DNA of 26,669 nt. It comes from Candidatus Hermodarchaeota archaeon (GTDB lineage: Archaea; Asgardarchaeota; Hermodarchaeia; Hermodarchaeales; Hermodarchaeaceae). Within the stretch, counting starts at the first letter, position 1; each line of letters starts with the position of its first letter. The stretch covers positions 1 to 26,669 of the forward strand of contig JAEOTB010000033.1 of the NCBI GenBank assembly GCA_016840065.1, in the 5' to 3' direction. The position numbers and the translations under genes were made by a program. The notes beneath the pieces are model-generated. The model was not told the origin of the DNA, searched no databases, and saw only the letters and a list, made by a program, of their open reading frames with translations. This document shows positions 17,599 to 25,888 of this stretch, one piece after another.

Positions 17599-18035
17599 AA
17601 CGTCACTGGCAACTCCTCATACTTCTTGTTAGCATAGTGCTGGCAGCTTTAATCGTTTTTTATGCTGTACCCCTCGTGGTAGCAGGGGAATTATTCACAC
17701 TCGTTTTCTGGTCTGCCTTCGCCCTCTACTCCGTTGCCATAATAGCGTTGGTGACTTATATGCGCCACCGTACCGCGGAGCAACGCTGGATATCCCTCGT
17801 CTACTGCGCCTTGGTGTTACCAATCCTTCTCTTCTCTTGGGGTTATTTCCCGTTTTCGAGCACCCGTCCAGAGACAGGGTGGTGTGTCTTGTTCGTGCTT
17901 CTGGAGTCATGGCTCTTGTTCTTTGGGTTCGTGTATCCGTGGCTGAAACGACGATTCCCCGAAAAAAGGAGGATAGGAAGGTTTCCCGAGAAGGTTCCCG
18001 AGTTAAAACCAGCTACAGGAGATGAACTTTCATGA
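17595..18035 (+). CDS. 4-TM membrane protein, array paralog 2
   Basis: MKR start; Y.R.R after TM2; LES.LL; PWLKRRFPEK. Confidence 0.8.
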   Translation: MKRHWQLLILLVSIVLAALIVFYAVPLVVAGELFTLVFWSAFALYSVAIIALVTYMRHRTAEQRWISLVYCALVLPILLFSWGYFPFSSTRPETGWCVLFVLLESWLLFFGFVYPWLKRRFPEKRRIGRFPEKVPELKPATGDELS

Positions 18036-18457
18036 AACATACAACGCGGCTCGCTATATTCCTTGTAATCGGTATTCCATTGACAGCGCTGCTTATGTGG
18101 ACCGCTATCCCTGTTATCCTTGGAGGCTCGGTTCAGGGCATAATTGTTGCACTATATTGGGCAATCTATACAACCGCTTTCTTCCTGTTTTTCACTTACA
18201 TTAGATACCGTGACCCGCGATGTGGTTGGTACATTCTTGCCACCATACTCTTTGTCATCCCTTTCGCCACTGCACAAACTCTCTTCAACGTTTTCTTCGA
18301 TCTCAGCTTGATTGAAATCCACTTCTACTTGGTAACCATAATTGAAGCGCTTCTCATCCTATGGTTCGTTGAGCCAAGGTTAAAGGATAGGTTCCCAGAG
18401 AGGAAGAGTCCCCAAGCGATTCTCATCGAACATGGTCATGGAGGTGATTATTCTTGA
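18032..18457 (+). CDS. 4-TM membrane protein, array paralog 3
   Basis: MKH start; GGSVQ; YIRYRDP; IEALL; PRLKDRFPER. Confidence 0.8.
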   Translation: MKHTTRLAIFLVIGIPLTALLMWTAIPVILGGSVQGIIVALYWAIYTTAFFLFFTYIRYRDPRCGWYILATILFVIPFATAQTLFNVFFDLSLIEIHFYLVTIIEALLILWFVEPRLKDRFPERKSPQAILIEHGHGGDYS

Positions 18458-18873
18458 AGCGTTCAACTAGACTTATAGTGTTCGTTGTTGTGGGGGTCTT
18501 GTTGGCTGTACTGCTCGTGTTGACCGTAGTCCCTTCATGGATTGGAGGTTCAGTTCAGGTTTTTCCCTTTGCCCTTTTTGTGGTGTTGTACGTGACTGTC
18601 TTCTCCCTCTTGTTAGTCTACATTAACCATCGAGACCCGGGCAGCTGGCGTGCATATTTTGCCCTATCAGCCATCTCGGTGCCCTTCGTCGTAGCTGCTT
18701 TCATCCTGTTCGATTTCAACTGGTTCACCCTGAACGATTCCATCTATTTCTTCATAGTAGCTCTGGTGACTTACATTCTCCTCTGGCTCATTCAGCCAGT
18801 CCTGGAGAAGAGGTTCCCGAAGAAGAGTGAAAAAGAGATTGTATTCAGCCGCCGAGGAGATGATTCATCGTGA
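18454..18873 (+). CDS. 4-TM membrane protein, array paralog 4
   Basis: MKR start; GGSVQ; YINHRDP; PVLEKRFPKK. Confidence 0.8.
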   Translation: MKRSTRLIVFVVVGVLLAVLLVLTVVPSWIGGSVQVFPFALFVVLYVTVFSLLLVYINHRDPGSWRAYFALSAISVPFVVAAFILFDFNWFTLNDSIYFFIVALVTYILLWLIQPVLEKRFPKKSEKEIVFSRRGDDSS

Positions 18874-20777
18874 AGCGTTTACCCTTCTCTCTGTTACTTG
18901 TGACCAGCACAGTCATTGTGGCTTTGGTGTTTGTTCACCCTCCGAATCAGCTCTTTTCAGTGAATACTGCAAGAGCTGTTACTCCTGACCAGTGGGTTCA
19001 AGACTATGGGAGTAATGATAATCAAGAACAAGCAGCAGGTGTGGTGGAGTGTGGCAATGGTGACTTCTTGATAGCTGGGACGACACACTATTCCGGGCCT
19101 TGGGATGAAGAAATCATCTTGATGCGTGTCGACTCCTACGGAAACCAGCTCTGGAACCGAACCTACAACAGTGAGCAAAGGTCCAGGGCAGAAGCCCTTA
19201 TACAAACGGGGGAGAACCAGTACTTGATTGTGGGTGCAACCTACAATGCAACAGAATGCGATGTTCAAGTCCTGCAAGTTAACGAGCTTGGAGTAATAGT
19301 CTGGAACGTGTCCATCGGCGGACCCCTTAATGAGTATCCCCTTGATGCCGTACCTTGTTCTGATGGGGGAGCAGTCATCGTGGGTTCAACATATCCTGAT
19401 CATATAGAAGATAGGGACCTCTTTGCCTATCGGATTAGCAGCACCGGCTCCTTGGAGTGGAACTTGACTTATGATGGCGGTGGTTTCGAAAGTGCCTATG
19501 ATGTCTATCAATGCAGTGATGGGTCATTTCTTCTCGCAGGATATTACCGGGGTTTTGATTTGGGTTCCCTGAAAATGGGACTCGTCATGTCGCTCAACTC
19601 GACGGGGGACATTGAATGGGTGGAGCATTATTCCCGTAGCACTGATTTCACACCACTCTCCATAGCAGAAACTCCAACAGGAGGTTTCATCATCGGTGGA
19701 TACGTCATGGGTGATTTTGCGGATCAGAATTCGTACTTTGGCATTTACGATAGCAGCAGGGAAGAGGTGTATAGCCAGACCTACATCATACCTCAATACA
19801 ATCGTATCACAGATATTGTACCCTGCTCTGATGGTTTCCTCCTGGTAGGAGTGCACTCCAAGTATTATGGGGCACTCGTTGTAAGACGAATTATTTTCTC
19901 AGGGGGACTAATCTGGGATTGGGCTATCGGAGTCAGATTCAGGGACTATGGTGGTCGAATTTTCCGAGCCATATCCTGCAACTCTGGAGGATTCTTTCTA
20001 GCTGGCCGGGCTAATGTTCAAATCTCACCGGTACCATACAGTATAAGCTCAAGCCAAGTCTTTGCTGTTCGAATCTTAGAGTTTCCTCTATCACCGGACT
20101 TCCATTACAAGACAACGCTTCTTGGATACTCCATGGTCTTTGCTGTTTTATTCGTTATTAGCCTCTACCTCCTCTTTCGGCGACCCTCCTGGATTCGCAC
20201 AAGATGGTCCTTGAGAAAAGATATGCCAGCCATATTACTGGTTTTTCAATTGCTTATCTACCCCTCTTTCATGGTGTTTTTTTTGGTATTCCAGATCTTC
20301 AGTTTACGCCAGATGTATGGGCAGATCAGTACCTCTCAAGAAGCTCCTCTTTCCCTTTTAAACCCGGTTAGCTTTCCTCTTGTGCTTGTGGCTGTTCTAG
20401 CATCTGTTGTTATTGAGGTTTTCTTTTTCCGTTATATCTCTGGGCTGAACTTACCAAGTAATTGGGTGCCTCCAAGGAAGGTAGCCATTCTATTCCCTCT
20501 GATACTCCTGATATCCCCGATAGTCAGGTTGCTTGACTGGTTTTTCTTCCCTTGGCTTGACCTTCTCCTATTCCCCCTCTTAGTGGGTTTTGCCTTGGTG
20601 AGCCTCTTCCCCCTTTACCTTCTTACCCGACGCTGGGAGGTGACCCACCAGCGAAAACTCGTAAATCAGGGAAAGACTGTTGTAACTGTACCGATAGATA
20701 CAATGGAGGCAACATTGGAGCCAGTGAATGGAGATGATTCCTCAGGAACGCAGCCCGCAACCAAGGCTGAAGATTAA
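18870..20777 (+). CDS. Extracellular beta-propeller-type repeat domain with a C-terminal multi-pass membrane domain
   Basis: N-terminal hydrophobic segment; about 7 ~50-aa repeats (C.DGGF..AG.T....D......D..G...WN.TY); about 5 C-terminal TMs. Confidence 0.8.
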   Translation: MKRLPFSLLLVTSTVIVALVFVHPPNQLFSVNTARAVTPDQWVQDYGSNDNQEQAAGVVECGNGDFLIAGTTHYSGPWDEEIILMRVDSYGNQLWNRTYNSEQRSRAEALIQTGENQYLIVGATYNATECDVQVLQVNELGVIVWNVSIGGPLNEYPLDAVPCSDGGAVIVGSTYPDHIEDRDLFAYRISSTGSLEWNLTYDGGGFESAYDVYQCSDGSFLLAGYYRGFDLGSLKMGLVMSLNSTGDIEWVEHYSRSTDFTPLSIAETPTGGFIIGGYVMGDFADQNSYFGIYDSSREEVYSQTYIIPQYNRITDIVPCSDGFLLVGVHSKYYGALVVRRIIFSGGLIWDWAIGVRFRDYGGRIFRAISCNSGGFFLAGRANVQISPVPYSISSSQVFAVRILEFPLSPDFHYKTTLLGYSMVFAVLFVISLYLLFRRPSWIRTRWSLRKDMPAILLVFQLLIYPSFMVFFLVFQIFSLRQMYGQISTSQEAPLSLLNPVSFPLVLVAVLASVVIEVFFFRYISGLNLPSNWVPPRKVAILFPLILLISPIVRLLDWFFFPWLDLLLFPLLVGFALVSLFPLYLLTRRWEVTHQRKLVNQGKTVVTVPIDTMEATLEPVNGDDSSGTQPATKAED

Positions 20778-20793
20778 TGAAGCAGAAAAATAG

Positions 20794-21072
20794 TTGGTAG
20801 CCACTTTGATTTACCTCTTCTTGTCTTTTATGGGTGCCCTGTTTTTCTGGGGATTCCTTATCGGTGTGTTCCTTGGAATCATGGGGCTCTGCTGCCTGAT
20901 TAAGAGCTTGACTGGATCCTCTAAGGCCAGTCGACCAGCAGCTACGATTCCACGCTATACAAGAGAGCTTTCTATGCGACCACCGTTGAACCAATGCCCT
21001 CGGTGCGGGGCAGAGCACGGAGAGGATGATCTCTTCTGCGATGCCTGCGGTACTCAATTGAGAGAAGATTAG
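20794..21072 (+). CDS. Small membrane protein with a C-terminal zinc ribbon
   Basis: Hydrophobic N-terminus; CPRCG......FCDACG. Confidence 0.75.
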   Translation: MVATLIYLFLSFMGALFFWGFLIGVFLGIMGLCCLIKSLTGSSKASRPAATIPRYTRELSMRPPLNQCPRCGAEHGEDDLFCDACGTQLRED

Positions 21073-21098
21073 GTCAAGGAGAACTGGAGGGGATAGTA

Positions 21099-21491
21099 TT
21101 GGAACGATATGAAATTGGGACTAGCATATTATGGGGAATGATGGTTGGTTATGGTTTGATTGTCTTTACGCCTATTGTGCTACAAACGGGCGGAACCTTC
21201 ACCGTCTTCCTTTCCTTGTTTTCAGTAATTTATCTCCTCGTTGTTTTCTGTTTGCATTTCTTTGTTTATCGTCGAACAAGAAATCACTGGTGGACGCTCC
21301 TCACTTTCGTGCTGTGTATTCCCATATTCTTTGTATTATTCTTTGTGAATGCTTTTGGCGTGGGGCATATGGGCTTCTATATGTCTTCCGTTAATTTGTC
21401 CCTCATTATTTGGTTACCAATCCGTGAGTGGTTGACGAAGCGATTTCCGGATAAACTCACCCAGTTCGAGGAGGAATTACGCAGGAAATAG
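21099..21491 (+). CDS. 4-TM membrane protein, divergent array paralog 5
   Basis: SD GGAGGGG; VYRRTRNHWW after TM2; EWLTKRFPDK. Confidence 0.75.
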   Translation: MERYEIGTSILWGMMVGYGLIVFTPIVLQTGGTFTVFLSLFSVIYLLVVFCLHFFVYRRTRNHWWTLLTFVLCIPIFFVLFFVNAFGVGHMGFYMSSVNLSLIIWLPIREWLTKRFPDKLTQFEEELRRK

Positions 21492-21635
21492 CAGGTGCTT
21501 ATCTAGTCTTTCATCTCCATCCTTCCTTATTGACTGGTAGAGCCTTCGTTGGCTTTGCCGCTTTCCATGAGTTTATATTTGCCCGCCCTCCTTTTCTCCA
21601 TTGCAGGCGTAAGCTGGCTCTAGGAAGGATTTGAG

Positions 21636-21854
21636 ATGCACTTTCAGCTCAAGAGGTTCTTCTACCGGAGGTACCATGAGGATTCAGATAGTGCCCGTAT
21701 CAGAAATGCGTTGCAGGCCTATCTTGACGCGAAGAGGGCTTTCAGGTTACTCTACGGCCGTGACCCCGATATGGGTACTGACGATGTTGACATTATTGGT
21801 GAACTCTATCTTTTGGGATTGATGTCAAAGCGCTACGGAGCCAAGAACGACTAG
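21636..21854 (+). CDS. Small hypothetical helical protein
   Basis: TTTATATT at ~21573; AGGAAGG before the ATG; 72 aa. Confidence 0.55.
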   Translation: MHFQLKRFFYRRYHEDSDSARIRNALQAYLDAKRAFRLLYGRDPDMGTDDVDIIGELYLLGLMSKRYGAKND

Positions 21855-21952
21855 TGAAGAACAGAGTCGAGTCCTTCGCTTCAAGCTTCTAAAATATCAA
21901 GTTTCCCAAAACCTTTAGTTTCGGGGAGATATTGATGAGCTTGTGACCAATA

Positions 21953-22135
21953 ATGCCATTGAATAAAGCGGTGCTAGGTTTGACCTTAGGGACGATCCTT
22001 GGGGGGCTGCTGGGTGTTTTCCTCTGGATTAGCTATGGAGAGATACTTTACTGGCTCATTTTCATGTTCATAGGGTGCAGCATTGGCCTAATCCTTGGTT
22101 ATGGGCAACATGAAGCCGAAACCTCAAGGGAATAG
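21953..22135 (+). CDS. Small Gly-rich 2-TM membrane protein
   Basis: Two GxxxG-rich hydrophobic helices. Confidence 0.7.
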   Translation: MPLNKAVLGLTLGTILGGLLGVFLWISYGEILYWLIFMFIGCSIGLILGYGQHEAETSRE

Positions 22136-22166
22136 GGAAAATTCCTTCCAGACATCATCTAAATCG

Positions 22167-22181
22167 GAACCTTGGGGTTCG
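22167..22181. repeat. Palindrome GAACC-N4-GGTTC(G), copy 1
   Basis: GAACCTTGGGGTTCG; 14/15 identical to 22901-22915. Confidence 0.5.
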
Positions 22182-22434
22182 GTAACTGACTGTTTTCCTC
22201 CCTTCTTTCTCCTTTTTCCCAACCTGTCCTCTCCCACGGAAATAAATCAGTCCAAGCCCTACTTCTCCTTGAGCAACGATGTCTGATAGCAATATGATCT
22301 TCCGATACATAGCCTATGACGAGGCCCTAGGGTCTATTCCCACAGTTCTAAGGCGGAACCTCAAACGAGTGCAAGGCATGAGGTTCTGGTTGAGTAGAGT
22401 ATAATTCATTAGACCAGTAAGGAGGTGATACAAA

Positions 22435-22659
22435 ATGGAGAAATTCGCTAAAACGAAAATCGTGAAGCCCAAACCTTTCCTGTTCACCAAGCCTGTGCTG
22501 CATCAGCGTATCCCTCGCCTTCAGACTCTTCCACCGGAAGTTCAGATAAAGGCAATCCTACGTCCCAGAGTAGCTGATCAGGTGGTTGGCCGAAACGCCA
22601 CCCAGGATCGCAAGAACGCATTCACCTGGGCCCTGTTCACCCACCGAACAGCAAGATAG
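22435..22659 (+). CDS. Small basic hypothetical protein (74 aa)
   Basis: Perfect SD AGGAGGTGA about 6 nt before the ATG. Confidence 0.65.
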   Translation: MEKFAKTKIVKPKPFLFTKPVLHQRIPRLQTLPPEVQIKAILRPRVADQVVGRNATQDRKNAFTWALFTHRTAR

Positions 22660-22900
22660 AATATTCTACCTGCCTATTCTAGGAGGGTCAGCGAGGAAGA
22701 CAACCAACCTTGACATGAGCAGGCACCTTGGTGGTAGTACACTCACAACGGACCTCTAGGGAGTGCTGAAGAGCTCCCAGTCGTTCCTTACAAATGGTCG
22801 CGCAGAAACAAGCCCTTAATCCTCCTCTGGTTCCTTCAGCCTTCCCGTGAGGTCCGTTCTCACCTTCTTTTTCATTGATCCCCTTTTCCCACCGTTTTCT

Positions 22901-22915
22901 GAACCGTGGGGTTCG
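22901..22915. repeat. Palindrome GAACC-N4-GGTTC(G), copy 2
   Basis: GAACCGTGGGGTTCG. Confidence 0.5.
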
Positions 22916-23199
22916 CTTCTGCCCATTTTCAGCCCATTTGGGGCTTATTTCCTCACCAGGCTTCTACCGTGTACTAATATCAGACGGTGGGCACATGACA
23001 TTGTAGAGGTGTTTGAAGTGCAAATCTGTAAACACGCTTACATCCGGCTACCAAAAATAACCTTGAAGACCCCCGTAAAGGTGTCCAAGCCAGAAGGGAG
23101 AGCAGGCGGGAAATCTGTAGCTTCAGATAACGAATAGTCATAGCCCAAGTAGAGGTGGCCCACAGAGGGTGGTGGGACACCTCCCCTTCAAATCGTGAG

Positions 23200-23217
23200 T
23201 CCTCAGGCTTAAATAGT
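23200..23217 (+). promoter_or_regulatory. BRE/TATA promoter shared by two RING genes, copy 1
   Basis: TCCTCAGGCTTAAATAGT, identical to 25833-25850. Confidence 0.7.
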
Positions 23218-23255
23218 TCTTCCACGTAGTTCCCCTTAGACGTTGGGCTTCTAGC

Positions 23256-25307
23256 ATGGGAGCAGTTATGGTATTCAATCAGCGTAGAAGCAAGCAAGTG
23301 CAAGGAGTCATTATTCTCCAGCTGGTTATTATTTTACTTGGAGTTACCCCAGTCACGGTACTATCCTTTGACCACATTGTATCCGACAACTTGTTCAAGA
23401 GGAGCATGGCTCAAGCCAGTACTCCAAATCTAACACGTTTTGTTCAGTCGGGTTCGCTGGAGTTCCGAGACATAAACACTGATGACCCAGACCTGATATG
23501 GAGCCAAGTTCTTGGTGGAGCAGAGAGTGAAATATGCTGGAGTCTTGTAGAATGCTCCAGCGGTGGATTCGTCACAGTCGGGAAAACCGAAAGCTATGGT
23601 GCTGGCGGACAAGATGTGTGGCTCATCCGCTTTGACAGTCATGGCAGCTACATGTGGGACACCACCTTTGGTGGAGTAGGGGAAGACATCGGCAGGGACA
23701 TAGTAGAATGTGCAGGAGGAGGGTTCATCATCGTTGGGCATACGACCAGCTTTAGCACAGGTTCTGGTGACGAGTATGACTTGTGGTTAATTCGTATCGA
23801 TGCCAGTGGGAATCTTTTATGGAATCGGACGTTTGGTGGTGAAGAGGAGGAAAAAGGATGGGCCGTCGTTGAGTGTTCTGGAGGCGGGTTCGCCGTTGCT
23901 GGGCATACTGATAGTGGCTTAACAGGGAGCCGAGATGGGTACCTGGTTCGCGTCGATGCGGATGGAAACCTTCTGTTCAACCAAAGCTATGGAGGATATG
24001 ATGAGGACGTTTTTCGAGATCTTATTGAAGTCAGTGGTGGGTTTGTCCTTGCTGGCTATACAACCATTGATTCGGCTACTGATGGGTGGTGGATGCGTAC
24101 AGATGATTTAGGGAGTGGAATAGCCGCTTCAACCCTCCACTACGCCGGCGTTGCTCAATACATCTATTCTGTGATTCAACCCAGCGGAGGCGGATACATC
24201 GTAGCAGGCATGAATATTTTTTCGAAGTTAAGAGATGATGGAACTCTCGAATGGAGGAAAATCCCGCCTGGTTCAGTCGGGGGTGACACTTCGGTTGTGG
24301 AATGTACCAAAGGCGGTTTTGCCCTCTGTGGCTACTCCTCCGGAAAGGGGGCGATAATTCGCACAGATGCAAATGGCAATTATCTTTGGGGAGAGACCTA
24401 TGATGCGTCTGGTGGGGCAGGAACCAGCGCCCTTTATGGTCTTATAGAGTCCAGTGATGGGAATTTCACGTGTACGGGATACGCTGACTTAAGAAGTAAC
24501 CATGATGTTTGGTTGGCGAAGGCCCCTGATGTTGACATCTGGTGGGACGAAGAGCCGAGAGACCAAATCGTTTATTGGTTGGATAGTTTCAGATACGACT
24601 TGGATGCGTCTGCCTGGGGGGGCATCAGCACCTGGTGGCTCGATGATACAGAGAACTTCATTATCGACGATGACGGAGTTATCACCAACACGACTGCTGT
24701 AGCTGAAGAAGTCTGGCATTGGTTGGAAGTCACCGTCAATGACACGAACGGCAATACTCTGGTTGGCAGCTTCAACGTGATTTTTCTCAGCTTTCCTCCA
24801 CCAGACGAATATTGGCCCAATCCCGTTGACATATTGATACCTGTAGCCCTATTTCTTCTGATACTTCTGATTATCGGAGTCTTAGTGATGAAGGCTAGAA
24901 CCGATAACGAACCAGAACCACTCGCTAGGGAAAGACGAAGAAGGCGAGTAACCAGAAGAGTAACAACTCCAGATCCGGCGGAAATCCAAACCTATCCCAT
25001 ACCAGGTATGCCAGTTGCTGAGGAGCCGGAAGACCCGAGTATTGAGGGGCGCTTGGCAACTCCTAGCCGATTCCGCTGCATGGAATGCGGCGAGTTTATC
25101 ACGGGTGGCAAAGATGTGTGCCCAGAGTGTGGGGCAAAGCAGGTGAGGTGCATGGTGTGTCAACAATTCATCGGGCAAGAAGAACTCTATATTATGTGCC
25201 CGCATTGTGAGCAGCTCGCCCACCGTGCTCATCTGCTGGAGTGGGTCAAAATCAAGGGTATTTGCCCCTACTGTAAAGAGAAACTTCGACGGTCGGATAT
25301 AGGTTAG
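23256..25307 (+). CDS. Single-pass membrane protein: beta-propeller-type repeats, Ig/cadherin-like domain, TM, C4 zinc finger and RING variant
   Basis: Signal peptide; about 7 VEC.GGGF..G.T...DVWLIR.D..G...W repeats; WWLDDT..F.ID..G.ITN...LEVTVNDT.GN; TM; CMEC..CPEC-x6-CMVC-x12-CPHC-x4-H-x2-H-x3-W-x6-CPYC. Confidence 0.88.
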   Translation: MGAVMVFNQRRSKQVQGVIILQLVIILLGVTPVTVLSFDHIVSDNLFKRSMAQASTPNLTRFVQSGSLEFRDINTDDPDLIWSQVLGGAESEICWSLVECSSGGFVTVGKTESYGAGGQDVWLIRFDSHGSYMWDTTFGGVGEDIGRDIVECAGGGFIIVGHTTSFSTGSGDEYDLWLIRIDASGNLLWNRTFGGEEEEKGWAVVECSGGGFAVAGHTDSGLTGSRDGYLVRVDADGNLLFNQSYGGYDEDVFRDLIEVSGGFVLAGYTTIDSATDGWWMRTDDLGSGIAASTLHYAGVAQYIYSVIQPSGGGYIVAGMNIFSKLRDDGTLEWRKIPPGSVGGDTSVVECTKGGFALCGYSSGKGAIIRTDANGNYLWGETYDASGGAGTSALYGLIESSDGNFTCTGYADLRSNHDVWLAKAPDVDIWWDEEPRDQIVYWLDSFRYDLDASAWGGISTWWLDDTENFIIDDDGVITNTTAVAEEVWHWLEVTVNDTNGNTLVGSFNVIFLSFPPPDEYWPNPVDILIPVALFLLILLIIGVLVMKARTDNEPEPLARERRRRRVTRRVTTPDPAEIQTYPIPGMPVAEEPEDPSIEGRLATPSRFRCMECGEFITGGKDVCPECGAKQVRCMVCQQFIGQEELYIMCPHCEQLAHRAHLLEWVKIKGICPYCKEKLRRSDIG

Positions 25308-25319
25308 AGGTGTCGTGAA

Positions 25320-25754
25320 TTGCAGCAACCAGACAACTTTTTGGCAGCTATCATCATTGGAGCTTGGGTAGCTATCATTATTGGATTAGGCATCTATTTT
25401 GGGTGGAAGAGAAGAAGGGAAGATGCGGAGCTGCTTGACGCAGAGGTATCATATACGCGAGTAGAAGAAGAGTGGGACCAATGGAGTTCCACCGAACGAC
25501 AAGCGAGACCAAGCCGGTTCCGGTGCTTCAAGTGCGGAGAGTACATCACAGGGGGCGAGGCGGTCTGCCCCAAGTGTAAGGCGAAGCAACAGCGTTGTAT
25601 GGTCTGTAAGCAGTTCATCGGTCAAGAGGAACTCTACAACAGCTGCCCCCACTGTAAACAGCTCGCCCATCGGAACCATCTGCTGGAGTGGCTCAAGGTC
25701 AAGGGCACTTGCCCTTATTGTAAGAGAAATCTACAACCGTCGGATGTTGTATAG
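25320..25754 (+). CDS. N-terminal TM, C4 zinc finger and RING variant (no ectodomain)
   Basis: SD GAGGTG; one TM followed by KRRR; same ZnF-RING as 23256. Confidence 0.85.
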   Translation: MQQPDNFLAAIIIGAWVAIIIGLGIYFGWKRRREDAELLDAEVSYTRVEEEWDQWSSTERQARPSRFRCFKCGEYITGGEAVCPKCKAKQQRCMVCKQFIGQEELYNSCPHCKQLAHRNHLLEWLKVKGTCPYCKRNLQPSDVV

Positions 25755-25832
25755 GTTTTCCAGTGCATCTGGTCGGCGGGAAATCAGTTGCCTCCGAAGA
25801 CAAATAGACTGTCAAGGTGAAGCTCCGACGAC

Positions 25833-25850
25833 TCCTCAGGCTTAAATAGT
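25833..25850 (+). promoter_or_regulatory. BRE/TATA promoter shared by two RING genes, copy 2
   Basis: Identical 18-mer, at the same distance from the homologous start codon as copy 1. Confidence 0.7.
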
Positions 25851-25888
25851 ACTTTTAATCCAGTTTCTTAAAGCGCTTGGGGTTCAAT

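Noticed and set aside
17581-18878. Integron attC sites or CRISPR repeats
   Set aside because: No inverted-repeat attC structure, no integrase or cas genes; the intervening units are whole overlapping genes
20777-20800. Frameshift joining ATG 20777 to the zinc-ribbon ORF through the A5 run
   Set aside because: An in-frame TAG at 20791 blocks any such correction
22160-22920. tRNA fragments or LexA boxes suggested by GGTTCG/GAAC..GTTC
   Set aside because: No T-loop (TTCRAAT) or cloverleaf; spacing is GAAC-N6-GTTC rather than the N4 of Gram-positive SOS boxes
22847-23303. ORFs 22847-23137(+), 22980-23303(-) and 22095-22286(+)
   Set aside because: No SD or recognisable motifs, and they overlap each other or promoters; unsupported
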